Source: a virus (taxonomy: Duplodnaviria > Caudoviricetes). From it: 49,641 nucleotides of DNA. The notes below the pieces were generated by a model, which was given only the letters and a program-made list of their open reading frames with translations, was not told the origin of the DNA and did no database searches. Where the stretch lies: positions 1 to 49,641 of IMG/VR virus record IMGVR_UViG_3300020045_006698, one strand, 5' to 3'. Both the position numbers and the translations under genes were made by a program. Of this stretch, positions 18,861 through 28,290 are shown in pieces. The number at the start of each line of letters is the position of its first letter. The stretch's first letter is position 1.

Positions 18861-19298
18861 TTATTCTATTCCATGTCTAGAAGTAAATTCTTCTGTTGTT
18901 TTAATTTCTTTTTTTATATTTTCTTTCCATTTAATATAATCTCCAGATTCAATTTTAGGTTTTCCTGTCACAGGTCTATCATATATATATAATAAACATT
19001 CTCCGTAAGGTGTTTGGATGGTTTCTTGTTTATATAATGAATTATAACCTGTTACAACCATTCCATAAAAAAATTCTAAATATGATAAATCTGTTTCATC
19101 TATTAAATATATTTCTGTTAAAACAGAAGTATTTCCATTTTTAACTATACCTCCGTAAGTTTTATTTATTGAATATAAATCATATATTGGTTCTGTATAA
19201 TAAATACCTAAATATTGTTTTTTGTCTAAATAAATATATCCTTCACTACCTTCTAATCTTAAAGAATCATATACTGCTATTAATATTAATTTTTCCAT
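18861..19298 (-). CDS. Gamma-glutamylcyclotransferase-like protein (divergent)
   Basis: AVYDSLR, E.Y, TPYG, IESGDY. Confidence 0.7.
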   Translation of the reverse strand: MEKLILIAVYDSLRLEGSEGYIYLDKKQYLGIYYTEPIYDLYSINKTYGGIVKNGNTSVLTEIYLIDETDLSYLEFFYGMVVTGYNSLYKQETIQTPYGECLLYIYDRPVTGKPKIESGDYIKWKENIKKEIKTTEEFTSRHGIE

Positions 19299-19299
19299 A

Positions 19300-20331
19300 T
19301 TAAAAAGGTATTAATAAGTTATTTAAATATTCTTTAGCAAATACTTCACCGTGATTTTTAACTAAATCACTAAAGTCTTTAGATTTCAAATTATCTTCAA
19401 TTTCAATTTTAATAAAGTCAAACTCTTTAGCTAATTTTTCACTAAATTCTCTACCCCAGTTTACTTCTTTATCATAATCATTATCATATAATATATAAAT
19501 ATGTTTAAATCTAGATTTCAATTCATCTATAATATGTTCTTTAGGTTTAATTGTTTCACTTTGTAAACTTACAGCAGGAACACCATTAACATCATATATA
19601 GACATTACATCTTTTAATGATTTTGTAATTACTAAAGTATGACCACTTGCAGGTAATTGTTCCCATCCTTGCCATACAGAATCATCATGATTATTTAACC
19701 ATTTATAATCTATATTATAAGGTTGGTAAATTTTAAAACTGTTATTACCATCTTTATATTCATTAAAACAATATGTATGTAAATCTGTTTTAATAATTTT
19801 TCTATCAGAACCTACATGAATATAACTAAGAGGTTCGACTTTATATTTTTCTAAAGTTGGCTTTGTAATTCCAAATTGATTCCAAAATGAATAATGTAAT
19901 ATAGACCATTTTGTTGATGTTTTACCAATTCTAACAGAGTTAACTTTTTTAATAAAATCTTCTCTATCACCATTAAATGAATTTGTAGCAATATTTGTTT
20001 TAAATGTGTTTTTAACAATAAAATATTTTTCTAAATTAGCATCAATTGCTATTTTACTTAATGCTTCAAAATAATTTAAACCAAATTTTAACATTACAAA
20101 TTTAATACAATCACCTGAACCTATTAAAAAATCTTTAAAACATATTTCATTATTTTCACCCATAAAAAATCCAAATGATGGTTTTTGATCATCTCTTAGT
20201 GGAGAATTCATATTACCACTCATTATATTTCCTTCTGGAAATGTCATATACATACAATATATTTCATAATCTGAAATATATCTCATTAATGATTCTTTAG
20301 TAATCATTTTTCTGTTTAAATCTATAGTCAT
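19300..20331 (-). CDS. DNA primase (TOPRIM)
   Basis: SPLRDDQKPSF, ITKSLKDV, LYDND, KDFSD; ATG at 20331 preferred. Confidence 0.85.
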   Translation of the reverse strand: MTIDLNRKMITKESLMRYISDYEIYCMYMTFPEGNIMSGNMNSPLRDDQKPSFGFFMGENNEICFKDFLIGSGDCIKFVMLKFGLNYFEALSKIAIDANLEKYFIVKNTFKTNIATNSFNGDREDFIKKVNSVRIGKTSTKWSILHYSFWNQFGITKPTLEKYKVEPLSYIHVGSDRKIIKTDLHTYCFNEYKDGNNSFKIYQPYNIDYKWLNNHDDSVWQGWEQLPASGHTLVITKSLKDVMSIYDVNGVPAVSLQSETIKPKEHIIDELKSRFKHIYILYDNDYDKEVNWGREFSEKLAKEFDFIKIEIEDNLKSKDFSDLVKNHGEVFAKEYLNNLLIPF

Positions 20332-20332
20332 T

Positions 20333-20467
20333 TTAATATTGTATAAAATGTATCCTACCACCCATTTCAAAACTATCAACAGGTATTGTTTCTATAAAAT
20401 CAATAACTGGATATGAATTTTGTATTTCTTTTATTTCTTTTAATTCTTCTATTTCATTTTCTGACAT
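20333..20467 (-). CDS. small hypothetical protein (44 aa)
   Basis: MSENEIEELKEIKE...; fills the gap and ends just before the primase ATG. Confidence 0.45.
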   Translation of the reverse strand: MSENEIEELKEIKEIQNSYPVIDFIETIPVDSFEMGGRIHFIQY

Positions 20468-20492
20468 AATTTAGTTATTTAATTTGTTTTAG

Positions 20493-20566
20493 CGGATATG
20501 ATAGGACTCGAACCTATTTCACTACCCAACATCTGTCGGGTCGCTTAACCCTAAAGCTCCATACCC
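20493..20566 (-). tRNA. tRNA-like element with non-canonical anticodon loop
   Basis: GGGTATG/CATATCC acceptor, GCTT/AAGC D arm, ATAGG-TTCGAGT-CCTAT T arm; anticodon loop 8 nt (ACAGATGT). Confidence 0.65.
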
Positions 20567-20575
20567 ATAAAATAG

Positions 20576-20646
20576 TAGTCAAGACAGGATTCAAACCTGT
20601 GTTGCAATTATGTTAAAATTGTTGTTCTCTCTACAGCCACTTGACT
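20576..20646 (-). tRNA. Degenerate tRNA-like element (nominal anticodon AAC)
   Basis: AGTCAAG/CTTGACT acceptor, CAATT-TTAACAT-AATTG, ACAGG-TTTGAAT-CCTGT; D arm poor. Confidence 0.55.
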
Positions 20647-20654
20647 ATAAAAAT

Positions 20655-20679
20655 AAAGGTAGCCATTAAGCTACCTTTA
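20655..20679 (-). terminator. Terminator-like hairpin
   Basis: AAAGGTAGC/GCTACCTTT stem with T-rich tail downstream of SSB-like gene. Confidence 0.6.
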
Positions 20680-20774
20680 TTAGTTTTAATGATGAGAACT
20701 CATTTGTGTTGTGTAGTTTATTTCATTATCTACTTTGTTCTTACTCTTTTCTCAACAGAGCAACACATTTATTA

Positions 20775-21368
20775 TTATGAACTAGCCCAATTTACAGTGT
20801 CAGCTGCATTTACCGGTAATTCATTATTTTGATTATCTGCTGGTGCATCTTCTACTACTCTTTCAAGTAAGTCATCATATTGATTTCCTTTTCTTGCAAT
20901 TGTAATTTTAGAAGGTGTAGTTCCTGCAGCTTCAACAAAATTAAAGTTTTTATAAACACCTAAATATTTTTTAGGTGAGCCTACTGTACCGTAGGTAGCA
21001 ATAATATTGACTTTCTTCCCGTCAGAGTTTGCATTAATTGTTCTCATACAGAAATCAACTAATTCTTTGTATGTTCCAAAAGCTGGAAATACAAAATCAT
21101 AACCCATTACTGATTTTGTTAAATCAGCACATTTTTGAGCTAAAATCTTATTTTGAGAATCTGTTGATTGGTCTGTAGGATAATAAATACCCATATTTAC
21201 ACTTGAAATATTATCTGTAAAATGTACTTTATAATCAGGTTGATTATCCATATTTGTAGGATCTTTCTTTTCAACACTAATATTTACATTTTCAACTCTT
21301 CCTGCTACTCCATTATTAAAAATAGCCACAACTGGGCTATTGTAATCCGATCCATTTAAGTCTATCAT
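20775..21368 (-). CDS. Putative ssDNA-binding protein
   Basis: Between recombinase-like ATPase and primase; acidic, aromatic-ended tail; inference. Confidence 0.5.
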   Translation of the reverse strand: MIDLNGSDYNSPVVAIFNNGVAGRVENVNISVEKKDPTNMDNQPDYKVHFTDNISSVNMGIYYPTDQSTDSQNKILAQKCADLTKSVMGYDFVFPAFGTYKELVDFCMRTINANSDGKKVNIIATYGTVGSPKKYLGVYKNFNFVEAAGTTPSKITIARKGNQYDDLLERVVEDAPADNQNNELPVNAADTVNWASS

Positions 21369-21454
21369 CTTTCTTAATTTAAATTATTTTGGCTTATATA
21401 ATGTAAGTTTTTTACAGAAACTTACAAAACTGTTTCGTTACGACCAAGTAACTA

Positions 21455-21715
21455 TTATTTAAAAATTTGATCCCAGTGAGATACAAATTCTCCTTTATCA
21501 TTTAATTCCAATAATACAATCTCTTTATTTTTAAGATGTTCTGAACGAGCACCTACAATCAAAGATTCTGCAGATTGAAAATTAGCTATTGTTTGATTAT
21601 CTTTTCTGTATAAATATGCAATGGCATCTGACTTTGAACATATAATACCTGGAGTTTTACCAGCTAAATCCAAACCTCTCTGGTTCATTTCTTTCCCGTT
21701 GAATTCTACCAGTTT
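21455..21715 (-). CDS. AAA/Sak4-like ATPase, exon 2
   Basis: KLVEFNGKEM...LDLAGK...SDAIAYLYR continues exon 1 in frame after splicing. Confidence 0.85.
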   Translation of the reverse strand, partial: KLVEFNGKEMNQRGLDLAGKTPGIICSKSDAIAYLYRKDNQTIANFQSAESLIVGARSEHLKNKEIVLLELNDKGEFVSHWDQIFK

Positions 21716-21760
21716 CAATTAATCTTATACTTTTCAATATAAGTTAGACTATATCATAAT

Positions 21761-22525
21761 TTACAAATATTTCCATGTATATCCTTTAACAGTTTTCTTT
21801 TGACCAGAACAACATCTTGAAATAGATGAATGATTTACCTTATAAAAAATAGAAGCTTCTTTTATTGAATCCCATTGCTTTATAATTATGTCATCCTTTA
21901 TTTGCAATATTTTTTTACAAAATCTTTTAGTAGTTTTAGGTTTTTTACCTTTGTGCGATTCTTTTAAATTATTAATATGTTCTTGTGAAAAAGTTTTACC
22001 TTTTTTAGCAATTGATATTTTTAATTTAGTTTCATCAGATAATATTCTACCTTTTCCACTATTACTTATATTTAGTTTATGTTGTTCAGTTAATTTTGTT
22101 CCTGAAAAACCTTCACCTCCTATAGTATGATTTGTTAAATTATATCCTAATAATTTATATTTTGATATATAATATTGCTCATATTCTATCCAATTAGATT
22201 CATCACAAATATCTAATATAATTATATTAGGTTTTACTCCATTAAGAGATTTTAACCAATTATTTTTATATGTATTTGATGTTTCTGAAAAATGTCTATT
22301 CAATCTATCTTTTAAATTTACAGTTTTTCCTATGTATCTAATATTTGATGTTTCTGGTTCTGCTAATGCATAAATATACACTATTCGTAAATTCCTCCCT
22401 TTTCCATCATTATTGATGTACTCTACTCCCTTATCTTTTGCCAAAGTGGTTTCGATAGTCGTTGAACGTTCCTCATTTAAAAGAGGCTTCGCTGCTGATT
22501 GTCCATTATTTATAATATTTTTCAT
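21761..22525 (-). CDS. Intron-encoded GIY-YIG homing endonuclease with NUMOD repeats
   Basis: YIYAL...YIGKT, R...H, E, N; NUMOD3-like S.E.K.KIS repeats; NUMOD1-like C-terminus. Confidence 0.88.
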   Translation of the reverse strand: MKNIINNGQSAAKPLLNEERSTTIETTLAKDKGVEYINNDGKGRNLRIVYIYALAEPETSNIRYIGKTVNLKDRLNRHFSETSNTYKNNWLKSLNGVKPNIIILDICDESNWIEYEQYYISKYKLLGYNLTNHTIGGEGFSGTKLTEQHKLNISNSGKGRILSDETKLKISIAKKGKTFSQEHINNLKESHKGKKPKTTKRFCKKILQIKDDIIIKQWDSIKEASIFYKVNHSSISRCCSGQKKTVKGYTWKYL

Positions 22526-22529
22526 AATA

Positions 22530-22560
22530 CAAATATACAAAATATTTTTGACATATCAAA
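22530..22560 (-). promoter_or_regulatory. Bacteroidota sigma-type promoter inside the intron
   Basis: TTTG-N19-TATATTTG just before ATG 22525. Confidence 0.7.
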
Positions 22561-22639
22561 ACATTTTTCAATGTTTTTTTAGTTATTTTGTCTTTAGGGT
22601 GTCCCAGCAATTAAAGAGGTTTTATAAGGACAAACTTTC

Positions 22640-23146
22640 ATCCTTTGTATGTCCAGATATAATTAATGTTTCACAAAGTTCTTCTAACTCAGCGATAATC
22701 ATTAATATTGCATTTCTAAGATGTGCCCATCCAGCTCCTTGAGGTAAATCTAATATATTAGTACCTTGATAATTACGACCTATTGCGGTTTGCTTGTAAA
22801 GAGCTAATGCTAATTCAGGAGCATAATTGTCTTCTAGAGCAGAGATTGTATCGATAGTGATATATTTATATGTATAACCTCCTTTTACCTCATTAGATTG
22901 TCTTATTTTGTCAATAACTGACTTAAGAGCCATAATAGGTTTTATTTTACTTTCACGAGCTATATTTAATATATTTAATACTAATCCTGATACATAACCT
23001 GCACCGTCTTCTAAATCTAAAATTAAATTATTATCAAGTCTACTTAATGCTTCCGTTTTTCCGGTTTTAGGTTGACTAAATAATATTAATTTCTTAGGAT
23101 TAACTTGAACAGGTTCTTGTTTTTTTATAGGTAATTCTATACTCAT
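22640..23146 (-). CDS. AAA/Sak4-like ATPase, exon 1
   Basis: SQPKTGKT Walker A, LDLE, ITIDT Walker B, ISGHTKD. Confidence 0.85.
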
Positions 23147-23194
23147 TCTATCATCTTCATCCGACCTATACCAACCACTATTAAATTATGTTAT

Positions 23195-23746
23195 TTAATC
23201 GTAGAAAAAAACATTTACACTTTTTAAATTTTTTATTTTTTTAAAATCTTCAGTACTTTTAATATTAACTTTTTTGGGACTTGGACAATGACCCTCACTT
23301 TGATATTGTGAATTTATTTTACTATAAAAATCACAAAATCTTTTTAGCTTATTTCTATATTTAGATTTACCTTCTTTTAAAGGTTTAAATAAACTTTCAA
23401 TACTATCAATACTTGAATTTCCACAAATATACTCCCATAATAAACGAATTATCGTCATTACAACTAAATCTTTATATCTTTGACCAGTGGTTTTAAATTC
23501 AAAATATTCTTCTATTAAATCAGTATTTTTTAAATCAAACATTTTAGTAACATAATCAATATAAAATTCCTTATAATCAATTGTTGGTAAACAATCTATA
23601 TTATAAATTCTAATTTTATTATATTTTGTATCTCCAAATCTAAAAAAATCAGCAAAACAAGCTGTCTTACGTCTTGAAAGTAATATTTTATTATCTAGTA
23701 ATATATCATAACATGTATTTCCTGAAGATGTTAATTTTTGCTTCAT
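23195..23746 (-). CDS. hypothetical protein
   Basis: 183 aa ORF. Confidence 0.7.
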   Translation of the reverse strand: MKQKLTSSGNTCYDILLDNKILLSRRKTACFADFFRFGDTKYNKIRIYNIDCLPTIDYKEFYIDYVTKMFDLKNTDLIEEYFEFKTTGQRYKDLVVMTIIRLLWEYICGNSSIDSIESLFKPLKEGKSKYRNKLKRFCDFYSKINSQYQSEGHCPSPKKVNIKSTEDFKKIKNLKSVNVFFYD

Positions 23747-23751
23747 TTTTG

Positions 23752-24858
23752 TTATTTTTTTATATGTTTTAAAAAATCATAAACTTTTTTCATTTCTTCT
23801 AAATCTTCCGACTTAGGTAATTCTTTGAAATAATTTGTAGCACCATCAAAATAAAGAGGACATATAGTACCTGCACCTCCATCACGACTTCCCATAATTT
23901 CTAAAAATCTAATATTATCTTTAAATTTAGTAATATCATATCCATAGTATTCAGGCATTTCATGTCTAAATGGACTAAATAATCCTAACATTACATTAGC
24001 ATCTCTACCTGTAAGTTTGTTATCACCTAATCCATCCATTGTAGGACGTAATTTATTTGCTTTTTTATTTTCAATTCCTTCTTGTGCAGAAGATTGTTGT
24101 TGTATAACTACAGGTATATAATTAAATCTATTTCTAAGCTTAATTAAATAATCTGAAGATAATGCTGAAATACTTTCATGTAAAGTTAATTGTTGTCCAT
24201 TTCTTTTTTCCGGACTAATTAAACTAATATGGTCAATGATAATCATTACATATTCGTCAGGGTCATTTGGTTCATAATAATCCTCAACTTTTGTAATTTT
24301 ATTATCAATTTCAATATCTCTATAATGTATTTTACCGTTAGCTAAAGCATATTCTCTAACTAAATTATACATTCCAAATCCATGACGTATATCATCAACA
24401 AATTCAACAACTTCTTCTATTTTATCAAAATAAGGTTTATATTTTTGAATAATTTGTAACACTTCTTCAGATAATACATTATCTGCTCTAGTAGATTTTA
24501 AATCAGTTGGGCTAATTCTTAAACCTTCTTTAACATATAATATATTAGCAAAACAAGCTAACATTTTTTCTTCTTTACTCATTTCTAAACTGAAATAAAA
24601 CACTTTTAATCTAATATTAAGACCATTGTCAATTATTTGTTGTATAGGATTATACAAAAATAACCAATCTGTAATTTGTGTTTTACCAACTTTTTGGTTA
24701 GCAGAATTTAAGTAATATTTACCTTGTTCAATTCCGGGATTTTGATTTTCAAATCTAGGTAAGTTCCATGGAATACAATTCACTTTACCTTGTAATATAC
24801 GTTCTCTTTTATTTACAATAGTTCTAAAAGTTCTATCAAATAAACTTGTCTTTTCCAA
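23752..24858 (-). CDS. DnaB-like replicative helicase
   Basis: KVGKT, YFSLEM, IIIDHI, QQ, RDANVMLGLF, RDG. Confidence 0.88.
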   Translation of the reverse strand: MEKTSLFDRTFRTIVNKRERILQGKVNCIPWNLPRFENQNPGIEQGKYYLNSANQKVGKTQITDWLFLYNPIQQIIDNGLNIRLKVFYFSLEMSKEEKMLACFANILYVKEGLRISPTDLKSTRADNVLSEEVLQIIQKYKPYFDKIEEVVEFVDDIRHGFGMYNLVREYALANGKIHYRDIEIDNKITKVEDYYEPNDPDEYVMIIIDHISLISPEKRNGQQLTLHESISALSSDYLIKLRNRFNYIPVVIQQQSSAQEGIENKKANKLRPTMDGLGDNKLTGRDANVMLGLFSPFRHEMPEYYGYDITKFKDNIRFLEIMGSRDGGAGTICPLYFDGATNYFKELPKSEDLEEMKKVYDFLKHIKK

Positions 24859-24930
24859 TTATAATTTGTGTTATAATTATAAGATTTTAGTTTGTTTGAT
24901 TTTTTAATTATTTTGATATATAGTTACATC

Positions 24931-25362
24931 TTATAATTTGTTTAATATTTTTTCATAGTCTTTTAATGAGTAGCCATCTACTCCTTTTGTTGTATAATAA
25001 TTATCTTTACTATAACTTGTTATGTAATTACCTGGTGTATTAGGCATATATTTAACTACAACTTTTTCAATTTGTTTACACCAAACAATTCCAATACATT
25101 TTTCTTCATTAGTAATTTCTTTTAAAATCTTCATTAAAGATTCTAAAGATGTTAATTTAAAACGACTTCTAACAATAGCATGTAAATCACTTATACTTCT
25201 AAATGTTTGATGACCATTTTGACTAACTTTTTCACATTGAATTTTTGTACATTCTTTGTCTGAATATGTAACAACACCTTGTTGTTTTAAAAGTTGTTTA
25301 ATTAAAGTTTTACGATGTTTAGTGATTGGAATATCACTTTCTCTAACATAAATCAAATTCAT
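24931..25362 (-). CDS. hypothetical protein (RS..DL paralogue family)
   Basis: TYSDKECTKIQ...RSISDL...WC..IEKVV. Confidence 0.7.
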   Translation of the reverse strand: MNLIYVRESDIPITKHRKTLIKQLLKQQGVVTYSDKECTKIQCEKVSQNGHQTFRSISDLHAIVRSRFKLTSLESLMKILKEITNEEKCIGIVWCKQIEKVVVKYMPNTPGNYITSYSKDNYYTTKGVDGYSLKDYEKILNKL

Positions 25363-25386
25363 TTTGTTATTGTTTTTTTTTTGATT

Positions 25387-25980
25387 TTATAAAATTTGAC
25401 TTGTCCAGTCACTAACTGGTTTAGAATCTATTTCATCAATAAATGCAGATAATCTAGAATCTGTTACACCATGTTCTGTTTTATATATAAAATAATCTGC
25501 TCGTTGTAAATAAGTTAAATTATTTAAATCATCTAAATAAATTTTAGCAGCTTTTAATATATCGTCTTTAGAATATGATGGGTTTTCAGACATCCATTTA
25601 AACATCTTATCTCTACAAGCACTTTCAGAACCCATACTTCCAGGTTTTTTACCTTTCCATAACATTCTAAACTCTTTAATAAAATCATCTAATTCTAAAT
25701 TAATAGCTCTTGATGATTTCTTAATAGATTTTTTATTAGTTGTAGAACTAACATTATCAATTTCACATAATTCTAATAATAAATTAGCTTTTTCACGAAG
25801 AGTAATATTATATTCATTATCAATTTTAACAAAACCATCTGCTTGTAAAATTTCAAAATCTTCAATAAAATCACTTCCTACTTCATTTCTACTTAAATGA
25901 ATTAATAATAAAAAATCTTTAGATTTAATATTTTGTTCTTTAAGTAAATTAAAATCTAATATAAAAGCTTTATTTTTCAC
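25387..25980 (-). CDS. hypothetical replication-module protein
   Basis: 197 aa ORF upstream of the helicase; function inferred from position only. Confidence 0.65.
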   Translation of the reverse strand: MKNKAFILDFNLLKEQNIKSKDFLLLIHLSRNEVGSDFIEDFEILQADGFVKIDNEYNITLREKANLLLELCEIDNVSSTTNKKSIKKSSRAINLELDDFIKEFRMLWKGKKPGSMGSESACRDKMFKWMSENPSYSKDDILKAAKIYLDDLNNLTYLQRADYFIYKTEHGVTDSRLSAFIDEIDSKPVSDWTSQIL

Positions 25981-25983
25981 ATA

Positions 25984-26385
25984 TTAATAAGTTGGTACAA
26001 CTCTTTGTTGTACATTAGTTACATAATCTTTCCAATCACCAGATTCTACAATTCTTTTTTTTGGTATATCATTTACATAAATATAAACACTTGCTTCACC
26101 ATAAGGTGTGTCAATTAGTATTTTATCATAAAACGTAGCGGGTCTATTAGAACTATATCCTTCAAGATTATCTACACGTTGAGCTATTCTTTCATTTACT
26201 TCATAAACTTCCATTAAAACTTCTGTATTACCACCAGTTTTAAGACCTGGGAATCCACCAAGACTATAAAGATTAAATTTAGGTTTTGATTTAAAACTAC
26301 CTAATAATTTAGAATCTTCAAGTATATAATTATTATGTAAACCTGAAAGTAAACTACCATATACTGCTATTAAATTTTTTTTCAT
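25984..26385 (-). CDS. Gamma-glutamylcyclotransferase (AIG2-like)
   Basis: AVYGSL, FPGL, EVYEV, DNLEG, VESGDW. Confidence 0.88.
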   Translation of the reverse strand: MKKNLIAVYGSLLSGLHNNYILEDSKLLGSFKSKPKFNLYSLGGFPGLKTGGNTEVLMEVYEVNERIAQRVDNLEGYSSNRPATFYDKILIDTPYGEASVYIYVNDIPKKRIVESGDWKDYVTNVQQRVVPTY

Positions 26386-26388
26386 AAT

Positions 26389-26745
26389 TTATATTAATTT
26401 TAACGCTTCTTGTAATCCAATTTCTAAAGCTTTTTCATAAGATTTAAAAGAATAATCTTTGTTTCCTTTAACATCTATTGCTTTTTTATTTTTATAATCT
26501 ACAATTATACAAAAATGTAATTTTTCACTTTTAGAAATTACATTTATAGATAATTTATGAACTTCTCTTAACCATTTTTGAAGTAATGATTGAGTTGGTG
26601 CTGAACAACCAGAATCTAATTTATTATTACAAGCAGTAAATATTTGTATTTTACCAGTTTTATCATAACAATAAGATAAAGCTATATTAAATTTTTTTTC
26701 TTTAGCTAATTTAGCTGTATAAAATGTTATTAATTCTTCTTGCAT
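26389..26745 (-). CDS. hypothetical phage protein
   Basis: AKLAKEK..F, APTQSLLQKWLRE, SYE.ALE.GL; same family as the upstream disrupted gene. Confidence 0.7.
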   Translation of the reverse strand: MQEELITFYTAKLAKEKKFNIALSYCYDKTGKIQIFTACNNKLDSGCSAPTQSLLQKWLREVHKLSINVISKSEKLHFCIIVDYKNKKAIDVKGNKDYSFKSYEKALEIGLQEALKLI

Positions 26746-27125
26746 ATTTCTATTAATTTTTTTAAACATTCAAGTTCTGCTTCTTCATAAGTTTTAAATT
26801 CTAAATGTTCTTCTGCAAAATAACCATAATCACCATCTTTCATTAAATATCCCGAACCTATTCCATCAGAAAAAAGACACCAATAAATATCCTCTGTGTC
26901 TAACATTGGATAACATTGTAATTTATATTTCTCTCTAAACCATCGGAAACATTGTTGATAAAGTGGTACATCTACAAAAACATCTGAATCAGGATGATAT
27001 GCAAATGTTTTATCTTTATAATAACAAGCTAAACACTCTTCATCAAATCCTAATTCCTTTAAAGCTAATGCAATATCTTAAGAAACAAAAAGACTTTCCA
27101 TTTCTTGTTTTTTTACTTCTTTCAT
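26730..27125 (-). pseudogene. hypothetical protein with in-frame TAA at codon 16
   Basis: Not in ORF track; ...LFVS*DIALALKELGFDEEC...PLYQQCFRWFREK...TYEEAELECLKKLIE; frame otherwise open. Confidence 0.7.
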
Positions 27126-27127
27126 AA

Positions 27128-27931
27128 TTATTTCTTTTTAAATTGTTCAAACCATTCTTCTTTTAATGGAAAATCTCTAGGATGTTCTTCATAAAAATCT
27201 TCAAGTATTTCATCTCTTGCTTCTATTATTTTTAATACTTCTTCCTCACTATAACTTTTTTGTTGTCGCCATTTAGTACCAAATTTATAACCACACTTAA
27301 CAGATACCTCAATTATTTTTTCAATTGTTGTATCATTAATCCACCCCGACTTAGATTTTAAATTTAAAAATGGTTTTTTAGCAAATTCTATAGCTTCTTC
27401 AAGTGTTTCTTGTTTTAAATCAAATATTTGTTCAACCAAAATTATCTTTTCAAAAAATTTCATTTGTTCTTGTTTTAAATGGATGTCAAAATTAGTTTCT
27501 TGTTTAGGTTCTTCTTTTGGAATAATAATATTATAAGCATTTACATATCCAATGTGTTTAGTTTCAATAAATTTACAACTTGAATTTTTAACAAACCATT
27601 TTAAAAACTCATCATCAATAGCTTGTACACCATCTTTTATAAGGTCTAAATCTGTTGTTAGGATTATTTTCTTACAATTTTCTTGTAATTTTACATCTTT
27701 ATCCGCTTTCATGGGCTTATTTAAAACAGTATCTTCTGACCAATACATTAAGTACCAATTACCTCCTTTAATTTCTTTATCAGAAGTGATATAAATGTGT
27801 TGATTAATACAATTAGAATTACTTGGAATAACTAATTCATTATTAGGATATAAATAATATCCTGCATTATTAGCGGTAAAATAATGTAATTTACTTGGTT
27901 TATCTGTTGGTAATATGTGTATATTTCTCAT
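27128..27931 (-). CDS. hypothetical phage protein
   Basis: 267 aa ORF; modular KQET segments. Confidence 0.7.
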   Translation of the reverse strand: MRNIHILPTDKPSKLHYFTANNAGYYLYPNNELVIPSNSNCINQHIYITSDKEIKGGNWYLMYWSEDTVLNKPMKADKDVKLQENCKKIILTTDLDLIKDGVQAIDDEFLKWFVKNSSCKFIETKHIGYVNAYNIIIPKEEPKQETNFDIHLKQEQMKFFEKIILVEQIFDLKQETLEEAIEFAKKPFLNLKSKSGWINDTTIEKIIEVSVKCGYKFGTKWRQQKSYSEEEVLKIIEARDEILEDFYEEHPRDFPLKEEWFEQFKKK

Positions 27932-28290
27932 CGTATAAAACTTTTTAAATATTCTAATACTTTTTCTTTTGAAGTATTAAAATAACGTGTATGACCTGTA
28001 TGAAGATTTTCAAATACTATTTTTTTAACATTTGGACAATAAATTGCTGTTATGATATTATTTTCAATTAATTCATATAATATTTTACATACATCAGATT
28101 TACGATATTTAGCTTTTAATAAATCATATACAATATATTGAAGTGAAACTCCTGTATAATATCTACGATATTTATTGTCTAAAACTTTAAGAAATCCGCT
28201 TTTATAACCAATATTTTTATTAGAATTAAAATATTCTAATATTTCTTTTTCAATATTACCAGTCATCATTTGTTTCAAAATTATCTTCAT
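27928..28290 (-). CDS. hypothetical protein (distant RS..DL family member)
   Basis: C-terminal IYCPNVKKIVF motif. Confidence 0.6.
   Translation of the reverse strand: MKIILKQMMTGNIEKEILEYFNSNKNIGYKSGFLKVLDNKYRRYYTGVSLQYIVYDLLKAKYRKSDVCKILYELIENNIITAIYCPNVKKIVFENLHTGHTRYFNTSKEKVLEYLKSFIR

Larger units (their letters stand above)
21716..22639 (-). mobile_element. Group I intron (924 nt) with internal homing endonuclease
   Basis: P1 AAGGAU/GUCCUU with U-G at the splice site; terminal G; P AATTGCTGGGA, Q AATCAGCAG, R TTCAACGACTA, S ATGATATAGTC; P10 AGTTT/AAACT. Confidence 0.92.
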
